Below, one piece after another: positions 9,040-16,571 of a DNA stretch of 53,037 bases. The translations under genes and the position numbers were made by a program. How positions within the stretch are numbered: position 1 is the stretch's first letter; each line of letters starts with the position of its first letter. The DNA is taken from the IMG/VR virus record IMGVR_UViG_3300020044_002438, positions 1 to 53,037 of that record; one strand, 5' to 3'. Source of the DNA: a virus. Taxonomy: Duplodnaviria > Caudoviricetes. The notes under the pieces are model-generated. The model made no database searches, had not been told where the DNA came from, and saw only the letters and a program-made list of their open reading frames with translations.

Positions 9040-9114
9040 CCTGTTACTTATAGGCAACATACTGCACAAATTGGGTAAACCCTGTTACTGATAGGCAACA
9101 TAACTCACAAATTG
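9040..9114. repeat. two ~34-bp direct repeats (period 41 bp), each with an 18-bp quasi-palindrome
   Basis: CCTGTTACTTATAGGCAACATACTGCACAAATTG at 9040 and CCTGTTACTGATAGGCAACATAACTCACAAATTG at 9081. Confidence 0.85.
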
Positions 9115-9133
9115 TAAACTCTAGGATACAGAT

Positions 9134-9304
9134 ATGAAAATAGAATTGATTGGCGACTTGATTGACCAACCCGACGGCAGTGCTTTAGCCCAACTGGATA
9201 TGGACGAGGAAGGCATGATGTACTTAATGCAACAAGGTTTTGAATACATAATACTAAAAGGTATCAAAGCTATTAAGGAGGAGCAACAAAATGGCATCAC
9301 GTAA
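9134..9304 (+). CDS. small hypothetical protein (56 aa)
   Basis: AGGA RBS; MKIELIGDLIDQPDGSALAQLDMDEEG... Confidence 0.6.
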   Translation: MKIELIGDLIDQPDGSALAQLDMDEEGMMYLMQQGFEYIILKGIKAIKEEQQNGIT

Positions 9305-9569
9305 TGATATAACGGGTGATATAATTAAAAGTCGAATCAGTAGTCAACAATTCGAGGACAACTTTGATTTAATTTTTAGGAAGAACGAACCCATGCAATT
9401 AGAACTAGATTTTGGCGACGACCCTTTATGCAAATTATGTGGTAAAACTTTAAAGGCTAAAGGAAATGAGTGTGCCTACACGGCATGCCCCCTTAACTGG
9501 GATGAGACAAGGCTCGACACCATTGGGCAGAACGGTAATGATGGGTTGCATTATGAGGAACAGAAGTAG
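9291..9569 (+). CDS. hypothetical phage protein
   Basis: ASRNDITGD.IKSR...FEDNFDLIF, a CxxC..C..C cluster, and an IGQNGNDGLHY tail; AAGGAGG RBS. Confidence 0.7.
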   Translation: MASRNDITGDIIKSRISSQQFEDNFDLIFRKNEPMQLELDFGDDPLCKLCGKTLKAKGNECAYTACPLNWDETRLDTIGQNGNDGLHYEEQK

Positions 9570-9764
9570 ATGAGTGATGATGCAGATTTAGCACAGGACC
9601 GTAGTGACCGAGAGGAAGCGCTACGTAAGAAATATAACCGCAAACCCGTATTAGAAGCTGATGTAACTGGGGAGTGCTTGAACTGCTATGAGCCCGTCGG
9701 GTTTGGCAGGCGTTGGTGCGATGCAGATTGCCGAGGAGACTGGGAGAAACGAAGGGGAAAATAA
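9570..9764 (+). CDS. TraR/DksA-like C4 zinc-finger protein
   Basis: N-terminal D-x-x-D-x-A motif (DDADLA) and CLNC...WCDADC. Confidence 0.7.
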   Translation: MSDDADLAQDRSDREEALRKKYNRKPVLEADVTGECLNCYEPVGFGRRWCDADCRGDWEKRRGK

Positions 9765-10300
9765 TGCGCTGTTGTACTACTTGCCACGAACAACAAGAGG
9801 ACGAAGCATTTTATGCCGATAACAAATCGGGGTGGAGCAAAATATGTAAGTCTTGCCGTAAGGTAGCCCACCAAAAACATTACAATAAGATTTACTATTC
9901 ACGCCGTAAGATAATCAAGAAGTTGTCTAAACAAGACGACGCCCAACACACACGCATACTGGAAAATAAGATAGAACAGTTGCGCCGTGAACACAAACAG
10001 TTTACTATATCAAACCGAGCCCGTATTAAGCAGATAACAGATATCATTAATACTGGCACATACGACCTTAGAAGTGTCAAGGCACTAGAGCGTCGCATGG
10101 ATAGACAACGAGAAGCCGACGCAATATTGAGCGGACAGATACAGTTAGCATCAGCAGGGATAACCCCTCAGCACATTAGTATTATATGGAGAATGAATCA
10201 TGGCAATGACGCCCGAAAAGAAAGTGAAAGACCAAATCAAGAAAATATTAGATGCGAATCAGATATATCACTTCTCACCGTTTATGGCGGGAATGGGTAG
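9764..10300 (+). CDS. zinc-finger hypothetical protein
   Basis: TAATG coupling at 9764; CTTC...CKSC; the 3' end overlaps the VRR-NUC gene by about 100 nt. Confidence 0.55.
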   Translation: MRCCTTCHEQQEDEAFYADNKSGWSKICKSCRKVAHQKHYNKIYYSRRKIIKKLSKQDDAQHTRILENKIEQLRREHKQFTISNRARIKQITDIINTGTYDLRSVKALERRMDRQREADAILSGQIQLASAGITPQHISIIWRMNHGNDARKESERPNQENIRCESDISLLTVYGGNG

Positions 10301-10499
10301 GTCAGGGGTTCCCGATATTATTGCCTGTTTTAAAGGGCACTTCTTAGCCATCGAAGCCAAGGCAGGCAACAACAAACCCACCGCACTACAAGAGCGCGAG
10401 CTAGCTAAAATAGAATCCTGCGGTGGACATGCTATGGTTATCAACGAGGACAATCTACCCGCACTGCAGTTCGTTATTAATCAAATATTAGGGGAATAG
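10200..10499 (+). CDS. VRR-NUC domain nuclease
   Basis: TPEKKVK...GVPDII...AIEAKA...PTALQ signature. Confidence 0.9.
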   Translation: MAMTPEKKVKDQIKKILDANQIYHFSPFMAGMGRSGVPDIIACFKGHFLAIEAKAGNNKPTALQERELAKIESCGGHAMVINEDNLPALQFVINQILGE

Positions 10500-10501
10500 T
10501 A

Positions 10502-12382
10502 ATGAACATCATTACACTAGACTTTGAAACCTTTTACGATAGGGCATTCAGTCTATCTAAAATAACGACCGAGGAATACATTAGGTCGCCCCTCTTTGAA
10601 ACCATAGGCGTAGCTGTCAAGGTTAATAACGGCCCTACCGAGTGGTGCACTGGTGATTTTAAAACAATCAAATCATTCTTAAAAAAGTATGACATCCCGA
10701 ACAATGCGGTGTGCGCACAGAACGCGCACTTTGATATGGCTATCCTTAACTGGATATACGACATACGACCTGCCAAAATACTAGATACCCTATCAATGGC
10801 TAATGTGTTGCATGGTATCAGTGAGTCCGTATCATTAAAGAACCTAGCCAAGCTGTATGGTATCGGCGAGAAAGGCACAGAAGTCCTTAACGCGCTAGGC
10901 AAACGCAGGCTGGATTTTACGCAGGACGAGATAAATGCTTACGGGGAATACTGCATCAACGATGTGGAGCTGACATACACCCTGCTTACCAAGATGATGC
11001 CGCAGTTCCCTAAGAAAGAATTAAAACTTATTGACTTGACGGTGCGGATGTTTACTGAGCCTGCGCTCAAGCTAGATAAGAAGTTATTAGAGAAAGCCCT
11101 GTATGAGATTGGCGTTGAGCGTCGTAGCCTTATGCTTAAACTAATGAATGAGCTTGGGGTAAAGACCGAGGAAACATTACAGAAGCAGCTCATGAGTAAT
11201 GAACAGTTTGCTAAACTACTTAAGGAGAACGGAGTTGAGCCACCACGGAAAATTAGCCCGACCACGGGTAAGGAAACCTACGCATTTGCAAAAACGGACG
11301 AGGAATTTACGATGCTTGAGGACCACCCGAACCCAATTATACAGGCTCTTTTCGCAGCTCGTATGGGGTTCAAGTCTACTATCGGTATCACTCGGTCCGA
11401 AGCGTTCTTATCTATTGCTGAAAGAGGGACCTTTCCGTTCCCGCTCAAGTATAGCGGGGCTTGTGTTACCCATCGGTGGTCGGGGTTCGACGTCAATCCG
11501 CAAAATCTATCGCGAATCGACCTCGACAAGCCCAAAGCCACAGATGCACTTCGTTACGCGTTACACGCCCCCAAGGGCTATAAGCTGGTTGTTGCCGATT
11601 TAAGTAATATCGAGCTACGCCTAGGACTATGGCTTGCAGGACAGGACGACAAGCTCGAGCTTATCCGTGAGGGTAAAGACTTGTACCGTGACTTTGCATC
11701 ACAAGCATATCAGATTCCATATGAATCTATTGGGAAGAAAGACCCGAAACGTTTCGTAGGCAAGTGCGCATCGCTATCATTGATTTATGGTACAGGTGCG
11801 GCTAAACTGCAGGGGACAATCCGCATTCAAAGTAAGGGTGCTCAAACAGTTACAGAGGGAGAAGCTAAAACGTTAACTACTATCTATCGCACTGGCTATG
11901 ACAAAGTCGTAGAAACTTGGGGGCAAGGAACCAGTGTCCTCGACGCGCTCCTCAAAAAACAATCAATGAGCTTTTGTAAAAACGGCGTGGTTCAAGTTAC
12001 CCCCGAGGGTTTGAAAAAACCAAACGGTCTTGTGCTGACCTACCCAAACCTAGTCAATGGAAAGAATAAAGAGACAGGCAAGAACGAATATACCTATGCG
12101 CAACGTAATGGGCGCGATAAAGTTTATGGGGCAAAGGTGTTTCAGAGGTGTACACAATCGCTTGCGCGTGATATTATGGCTGAGATTATTCTAGAGATAA
12201 GCAAGAAGTATCATGTTGTGGGGACAGTTCACGATGAGGTATTGCTACTTGTTGAAGAAAGTTGTGCAGAACAAGCACTTAAAGAATTACTAACCTTGAT
12301 GCGAACGCCGCCCGAATGGGCACCTGATTTACCGCTTGATGGCGAAGGGGGCGTAGCGGATAGCTACGGAGATGCTAAGTAA
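10502..12382 (+). CDS. polA: DNA polymerase family A with 3'-5' exonuclease
   Basis: ExoI LDFET, ExoII NAHFD, ExoIII YCIND; motif A DLSNIELR, motif B R..GK...LSLIYG, motif C VHDE. Confidence 0.95.
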   Translation: MNIITLDFETFYDRAFSLSKITTEEYIRSPLFETIGVAVKVNNGPTEWCTGDFKTIKSFLKKYDIPNNAVCAQNAHFDMAILNWIYDIRPAKILDTLSMANVLHGISESVSLKNLAKLYGIGEKGTEVLNALGKRRLDFTQDEINAYGEYCINDVELTYTLLTKMMPQFPKKELKLIDLTVRMFTEPALKLDKKLLEKALYEIGVERRSLMLKLMNELGVKTEETLQKQLMSNEQFAKLLKENGVEPPRKISPTTGKETYAFAKTDEEFTMLEDHPNPIIQALFAARMGFKSTIGITRSEAFLSIAERGTFPFPLKYSGACVTHRWSGFDVNPQNLSRIDLDKPKATDALRYALHAPKGYKLVVADLSNIELRLGLWLAGQDDKLELIREGKDLYRDFASQAYQIPYESIGKKDPKRFVGKCASLSLIYGTGAAKLQGTIRIQSKGAQTVTEGEAKTLTTIYRTGYDKVVETWGQGTSVLDALLKKQSMSFCKNGVVQVTPEGLKKPNGLVLTYPNLVNGKNKETGKNEYTYAQRNGRDKVYGAKVFQRCTQSLARDIMAEIILEISKKYHVVGTVHDEVLLLVEESCAEQALKELLTLMRTPPEWAPDLPLDGEGGVADSYGDAK

Positions 12383-13036
12383 ATGAGATTATCGTTCAGC
12401 GCAATGAAAGAGTTTGATAACTGCCCACGCAAGTATTATCAGGTTCGTATATTAAAATCGTACCCACACGAGGACTCTACTGCGACGCTGTACGGTAAAG
12501 AAGTTCACTTAGCCTGCGAGGAATACATCAGAGATGGTAAGGACTTGGGTGGTCACACGCGGTTCAAAGGTATACTGGATAAACTGAATGCCTACCCCGG
12601 CGAGAAGTATTGTGAGTTAGAGATGTCGATTGATTCAAATGGGCAATGCTTATCGTTTGATTCAGATGAGGGGACATTCCGTGGGGTTGCTGACTTAGTT
12701 ATTGTCAATGGTGAGACCGCTAGGGTTGTAGACTATAAGACTGGTAGCGCTAAGTACCCCGAGCCTAAGCAGTTAGAGTTGATGGCGCTAATGGTATTTG
12801 CTAAGTTCCCGACTGTCATGACAGTTAAGGGTGCTCTGTTATTTCTTTTACACGATGTAATGATTAAGCGTGAGTACGACCGCAAGGATTTTGCACATTT
12901 ACTCGAGCAATGGTTGGCGAAACGCGATAGTATTATGTTATGCGCGGATGTCGGTGTATGGAATCCTAACCCAACAGGATTGTGTAGCTGGTGTCCGCAT
13001 AAATCATGTGAATATTGGCGACCGAAAAGGAAATAA
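12383..13036 (+). CDS. PD-(D/E)XK exonuclease, Cas4/RecB-like
   Basis: SFS...CPR, G..VH, AD...VDYKTG and C-terminal CSWCP...C (four-Cys Fe-S ligand pattern). Confidence 0.88.
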   Translation: MRLSFSAMKEFDNCPRKYYQVRILKSYPHEDSTATLYGKEVHLACEEYIRDGKDLGGHTRFKGILDKLNAYPGEKYCELEMSIDSNGQCLSFDSDEGTFRGVADLVIVNGETARVVDYKTGSAKYPEPKQLELMALMVFAKFPTVMTVKGALLFLLHDVMIKREYDRKDFAHLLEQWLAKRDSIMLCADVGVWNPNPTGLCSWCPHKSCEYWRPKRK

Positions 13037-13038
13037 CT

Positions 13039-13323
13039 ATGCCCCGCAAAAAAGGACCCCTTCCACCCGAATACTGGAAAAAACAATACGAGATGCAAAA
13101 GGCTCGTGGCGAAACGAAAGACCAATTAGAAAGACAAAAGGCACGACGTGAATACGATAAAAAAGGTATTGACCGTGCAGGTAAGCATATTGACCACATA
13201 AAACCAATACGTGCTGGTGGTACAACGACATCGGGTAACTTACGATTGCGAGACCCAAGCGCTAACGAGGCAGACAATAAACATGGAACTGGTAGAAAAC
13301 CGCGCAGTAAAGCTAAAAACTAG
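13039..13323 (+). CDS. HNH endonuclease
   Basis: IDHIKPIRAGG...NLRL...AN motif; AAGGA RBS before ATG 13039. Confidence 0.8.
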   Translation: MPRKKGPLPPEYWKKQYEMQKARGETKDQLERQKARREYDKKGIDRAGKHIDHIKPIRAGGTTTSGNLRLRDPSANEADNKHGTGRKPRSKAKN

Positions 13324-14842
13324 ATTAACCAGCAACATACTAAACAAAATCCCTAAGAGCAAGCTCGTAGGGAGAATAGCAAATACCGACATCGATGAGG
13401 TGTTGGTTTATTGGGGGCGCGATGAAGTTCGTGCCCTTCATTCCCTTGGGTTTAAATCTGTACCCCCAGCCCCTATGCGGTATACTTGGACTGGCATGTA
13501 CAAACCAATGTCGCATCAGACAACCACCGCTGAATTCCTATCTACCTACGACCGATGCTTCCTATTATCTGAACAGGGCACTGGGAAGACTTGCTCTGCG
13601 GCTTGGGCGGCAGACTACCTTATGCAGTTAGGAGAAGTCAAGCGCGTGCTTGTTGTATGCCCGATTTCTATTATGCATGCCGCATGGAAGGACGATTTAT
13701 TCCGTTCAGTAATGCACCGCAAGGTAGGTATTGCCCACGGCACCAAAGAACAACGCAAGCGAGTTATTCAATCAGATACAGAGTTCGTGATAATTAACTA
13801 TGACGGCATTGAGATTGTTATGGATGACATCATAGCAGGTGGGTTTGATTTAATTATCGTAGACGAAGCCAACAACCTCAAGTCCACATCAACCCGTAGG
13901 TGGAAAGCCTTTAACAAAATCATGGCTGCAGCTAAACCAAGACTATGGATGATGACAGGTACACCAGCGGCACAATCACCCGAGGATGCATATGGGTTGG
14001 CTAAGTTAGTATGCCCCGACCGTGTACCGAAATACTTTACTCAATGGCGCGACATGGTTATGCAAAGACTAACCCAGTTTAAATGGGTACCCCGCCCACA
14101 AGCTAAGGACATCGTATTCAACGCATTACAACCAGCGATTCGATTCACTAAAGAGCAATGCTTAGACTTACCTGAGATGGTATTCACCCGTCGTGATGTA
14201 GAGCTAACCCCGCAACAACTTACCTACTACCGACAGATGAAGAAAGACATGTTGATGTCCGCTTCAGGAGAAGAAGTTAGCGCAGTCCACGCGGCGGCTA
14301 ACCTTAATAAGTTATTACAAATATCATGTGGCGCAGTCTATTCAGATACTGGAGAAGTGCTACGGTTCGATGCATCTAATCGACTAAATGTTATGGATGA
14401 AATCATTGACGAGTCTGATAAAAAGACTATTATATTTGCCCCATTCAGACATGTAATTGAATTGATTAAGGACCATCTAGCCGCACGAGGTATTCAGACT
14501 TCATTTATCCATGGCGATGTAAGTCCATCAAAACGGGGTGACATTATTAATGATTTCCAAAATAGCCCCGACACACGAGTTATTGTTATTCAACCACAAG
14601 CGGCATCTCACGGGATTACCTTGACGGCGGCATCATCTGTTATTTGGTTTGGGCCAACCTCAAGTGTAGAAACGTTTCTACAAGCTAACTCTCGTGCTCA
14701 CCGTAATGGTCAGGATACGAAAGTAACAATCTTTATGATTCAAGGTAGTCCAGCAGAGGAGAAAATGTATGACATGTTGAACAAACGAATTGAAAGTCAC
14801 GAGGGGCTAATTAACCTTTACAAGGAAGTATTACAGATGTAA
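13283..14842 (+). CDS. SNF2-family helicase
   Basis: QGTGKT Walker A, DEAN, MTGTP, HGITLT and QANSRAHRNGQ motifs. Confidence 0.93.
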   Translation: MELVENRAVKLKTRLTSNILNKIPKSKLVGRIANTDIDEVLVYWGRDEVRALHSLGFKSVPPAPMRYTWTGMYKPMSHQTTTAEFLSTYDRCFLLSEQGTGKTCSAAWAADYLMQLGEVKRVLVVCPISIMHAAWKDDLFRSVMHRKVGIAHGTKEQRKRVIQSDTEFVIINYDGIEIVMDDIIAGGFDLIIVDEANNLKSTSTRRWKAFNKIMAAAKPRLWMMTGTPAAQSPEDAYGLAKLVCPDRVPKYFTQWRDMVMQRLTQFKWVPRPQAKDIVFNALQPAIRFTKEQCLDLPEMVFTRRDVELTPQQLTYYRQMKKDMLMSASGEEVSAVHAAANLNKLLQISCGAVYSDTGEVLRFDASNRLNVMDEIIDESDKKTIIFAPFRHVIELIKDHLAARGIQTSFIHGDVSPSKRGDIINDFQNSPDTRVIVIQPQAASHGITLTAASSVIWFGPTSSVETFLQANSRAHRNGQDTKVTIFMIQGSPAEEKMYDMLNKRIESHEGLINLYKEVLQM

Positions 14843-14866
14843 GTACACGAATATACTTAAGAACGC

Positions 14867-14895
14867 TTGACAGGGATTTAAAATACATATAAGAT
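14867..14895 (+). promoter_or_regulatory. sigma70-type promoter
   Basis: TTGACA-N17-TAAGAT in the intergenic gap upstream of 14927. Confidence 0.75.
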
Positions 14896-14926
14896 TATAC
14901 CCTGCTTAACACGAAAGGAGAATTCG

Positions 14927-15322
14927 ATGAGCGAAATCACAGCAGAAAAGTTAGCTTCAGTCTATTCAAAGATTAAGGCTAAACGGTCAGAACTATCACA
15001 ACAAGATTCTAAGTTGAAAGAGCAAGAGGACTTAGTTGCCCATGAGCTATTGGAAATATGCAAGGCGCAAGGGTTAAACAGCCTGAAAACTAAACACGGT
15101 ACTGTATCACGGGTTGTTAGTGATAGGTATTGGGTTAATGACTGGCAACCATTTGCAGAGTATGTAAAAGAACATGATGCTCTGCATTTACTTCAACGTC
15201 GGGTATCTGATTCAGCTATGAAAGAATGGCTAGCAGACCACCCAACCGATTACCCGCCTGCACTTAATTGTGATAGGGCATATTCAATTAGATTTACTAA
15301 ACCAAGAAAGGAGCTGGAATGA
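14927..15322 (+). CDS. conserved replication-module protein (coiled coil, Gam-like position)
   Basis: AAGGAG RBS; KTKHGTV...DW..F...LLQRRVS pattern, found next to SSB genes in polA phages. Confidence 0.75.
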   Translation: MSEITAEKLASVYSKIKAKRSELSQQDSKLKEQEDLVAHELLEICKAQGLNSLKTKHGTVSRVVSDRYWVNDWQPFAEYVKEHDALHLLQRRVSDSAMKEWLADHPTDYPPALNCDRAYSIRFTKPRKELE

Positions 15323-15579
15323 GTGACGAAATTCTAACGGCGCAAGGTGCCGCACAGTTTTTAAAAATCTCAACTAAGTTGTTATATAAACTTATTAATA
15401 CAGGTGAAATCCCTGCTAAGAAAATCGGGAATGGTTTCCGTATTCGTAAAGCGGCATTAGAGACATACATGAACAATAGCTTTGATGTGCTAGATTTTAG
15501 TATGAATAACGAATTTCCCACCGAAGCATTAATTGATATCCAAGACTTTGCACATACAGAAGGAGAAACAAATGAGTAA
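15319..15579 (+). CDS. excisionase-like HTH_17 DNA-binding protein
   Basis: ILT..AA.FLKIS..LYKLI..GEIPAKKIG..FRI. Confidence 0.85.
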   Translation: MSDEILTAQGAAQFLKISTKLLYKLINTGEIPAKKIGNGFRIRKAALETYMNNSFDVLDFSMNNEFPTEALIDIQDFAHTEGETNE

Positions 15580-16495
15580 CATGGCGATATTCCAAGGGGG
15601 CAACTTACCATCATACTTAAAAGGTATTGAGCTAGATGCAACCACCAAGAACCTAGCAGGTAACAGCGGTAGCGGTAGCAAACGTATTTCAATCAAAGGC
15701 GGCGTGTTCCGCATGTTGGTTAATGGCGAAGAGCTAATGGTTAACGAAGAGCGTGCTATGAATGTAGTTATCGTAGCATCATCACCACTAGGCCGTACAT
15801 ACTATGAAGGCTCGTATGATTCAGAAGCCGCGCCAAAAGGTCCTGCATGCTGGTCAGCTGATGGCGTTAAACCAAACTCGGATGTATTCGACCCTCAAGC
15901 TAATACTTGTATGTCATGCGAGAAGAACATTAAAGGTTCAGGCCAAGGCGAGAGTCGTGCGTGTCGTTATACCCAACGTCTTGCAGTTATCCTAGAAGGC
16001 GATTTAAGCGGTGATGTATATCAACTGTCATTACCATCAACATCCATCTTTGGTAAAGGCGTAGACGGTCAAAAACTACCTATGCAAGCATATGCCCAAT
16101 CTATCGGCGCATTGAAAATGCCAATCAGTGCAGTAGTTACCGAGATGCGTTTCGATACAGCATCAGCTACACCTAAGTTAGTATTCCGTGGCATTCGCCC
16201 ATTAGAAGAAGCCGAGTATAACGTCAGTGTTGCACAAGGTAAATCTGATTCAGCATTGCGCGCTATTACTATGACAGTTTCACAAACAGACGGCGTGAAA
16301 GATAAGCAAGCAGCTGCGCCAGTAGCACAACAAGTAATCGCACCACCAGTAGCTAAGAAAGCAGAACCTAAAGCAGCACCTGAAATCCACGAAGAAGATT
16401 CAGTAGTTGCCGAGCCTATCAAGGTTGAGAAGGAAACCCCACCGTTAGTAGAGAAAACAGAACTTGCTTCTCTAATTGACGAATGGGACGAATAG
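15572..16495 (+). CDS. putative single-stranded DNA-binding protein
   Basis: RISIKGGVFR, P.CWS.DG, C..C..N..GS..G.SRAC; acidic aromatic tail (IDEWDE); AAGGAG RBS. Confidence 0.75.
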   Translation: MSNMAIFQGGNLPSYLKGIELDATTKNLAGNSGSGSKRISIKGGVFRMLVNGEELMVNEERAMNVVIVASSPLGRTYYEGSYDSEAAPKGPACWSADGVKPNSDVFDPQANTCMSCEKNIKGSGQGESRACRYTQRLAVILEGDLSGDVYQLSLPSTSIFGKGVDGQKLPMQAYAQSIGALKMPISAVVTEMRFDTASATPKLVFRGIRPLEEAEYNVSVAQGKSDSALRAITMTVSQTDGVKDKQAAAPVAQQVIAPPVAKKAEPKAAPEIHEEDSVVAEPIKVEKETPPLVEKTELASLIDEWDE

Positions 16496-16519
16496 GGTCA
16501 GAATAGAATCCTTCTGTTG

Positions 16520-16552
16520 AGAGTACGTTGGCTAACCCCAGCGTACTCTTTT
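16520..16552 (+). terminator. intrinsic terminator after the SSB-like gene
   Basis: Stem AGAGTACGTTGG/CCAGCGTACTCT followed by TTT. Confidence 0.7.
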
Positions 16553-16571
16553 GTATCGAATCGGGGCGAGA

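Noticed and set aside
9040-9114. Mini-CRISPR array
   Set aside because: Only two imperfect units separated by about 7 bp, too short for a spacer.
12383-13036. Cas4-like gene as evidence of a CRISPR-Cas system
   Set aside because: No repeat-spacer array or other cas genes anywhere in the window; such nucleases are routine in phage replication modules.
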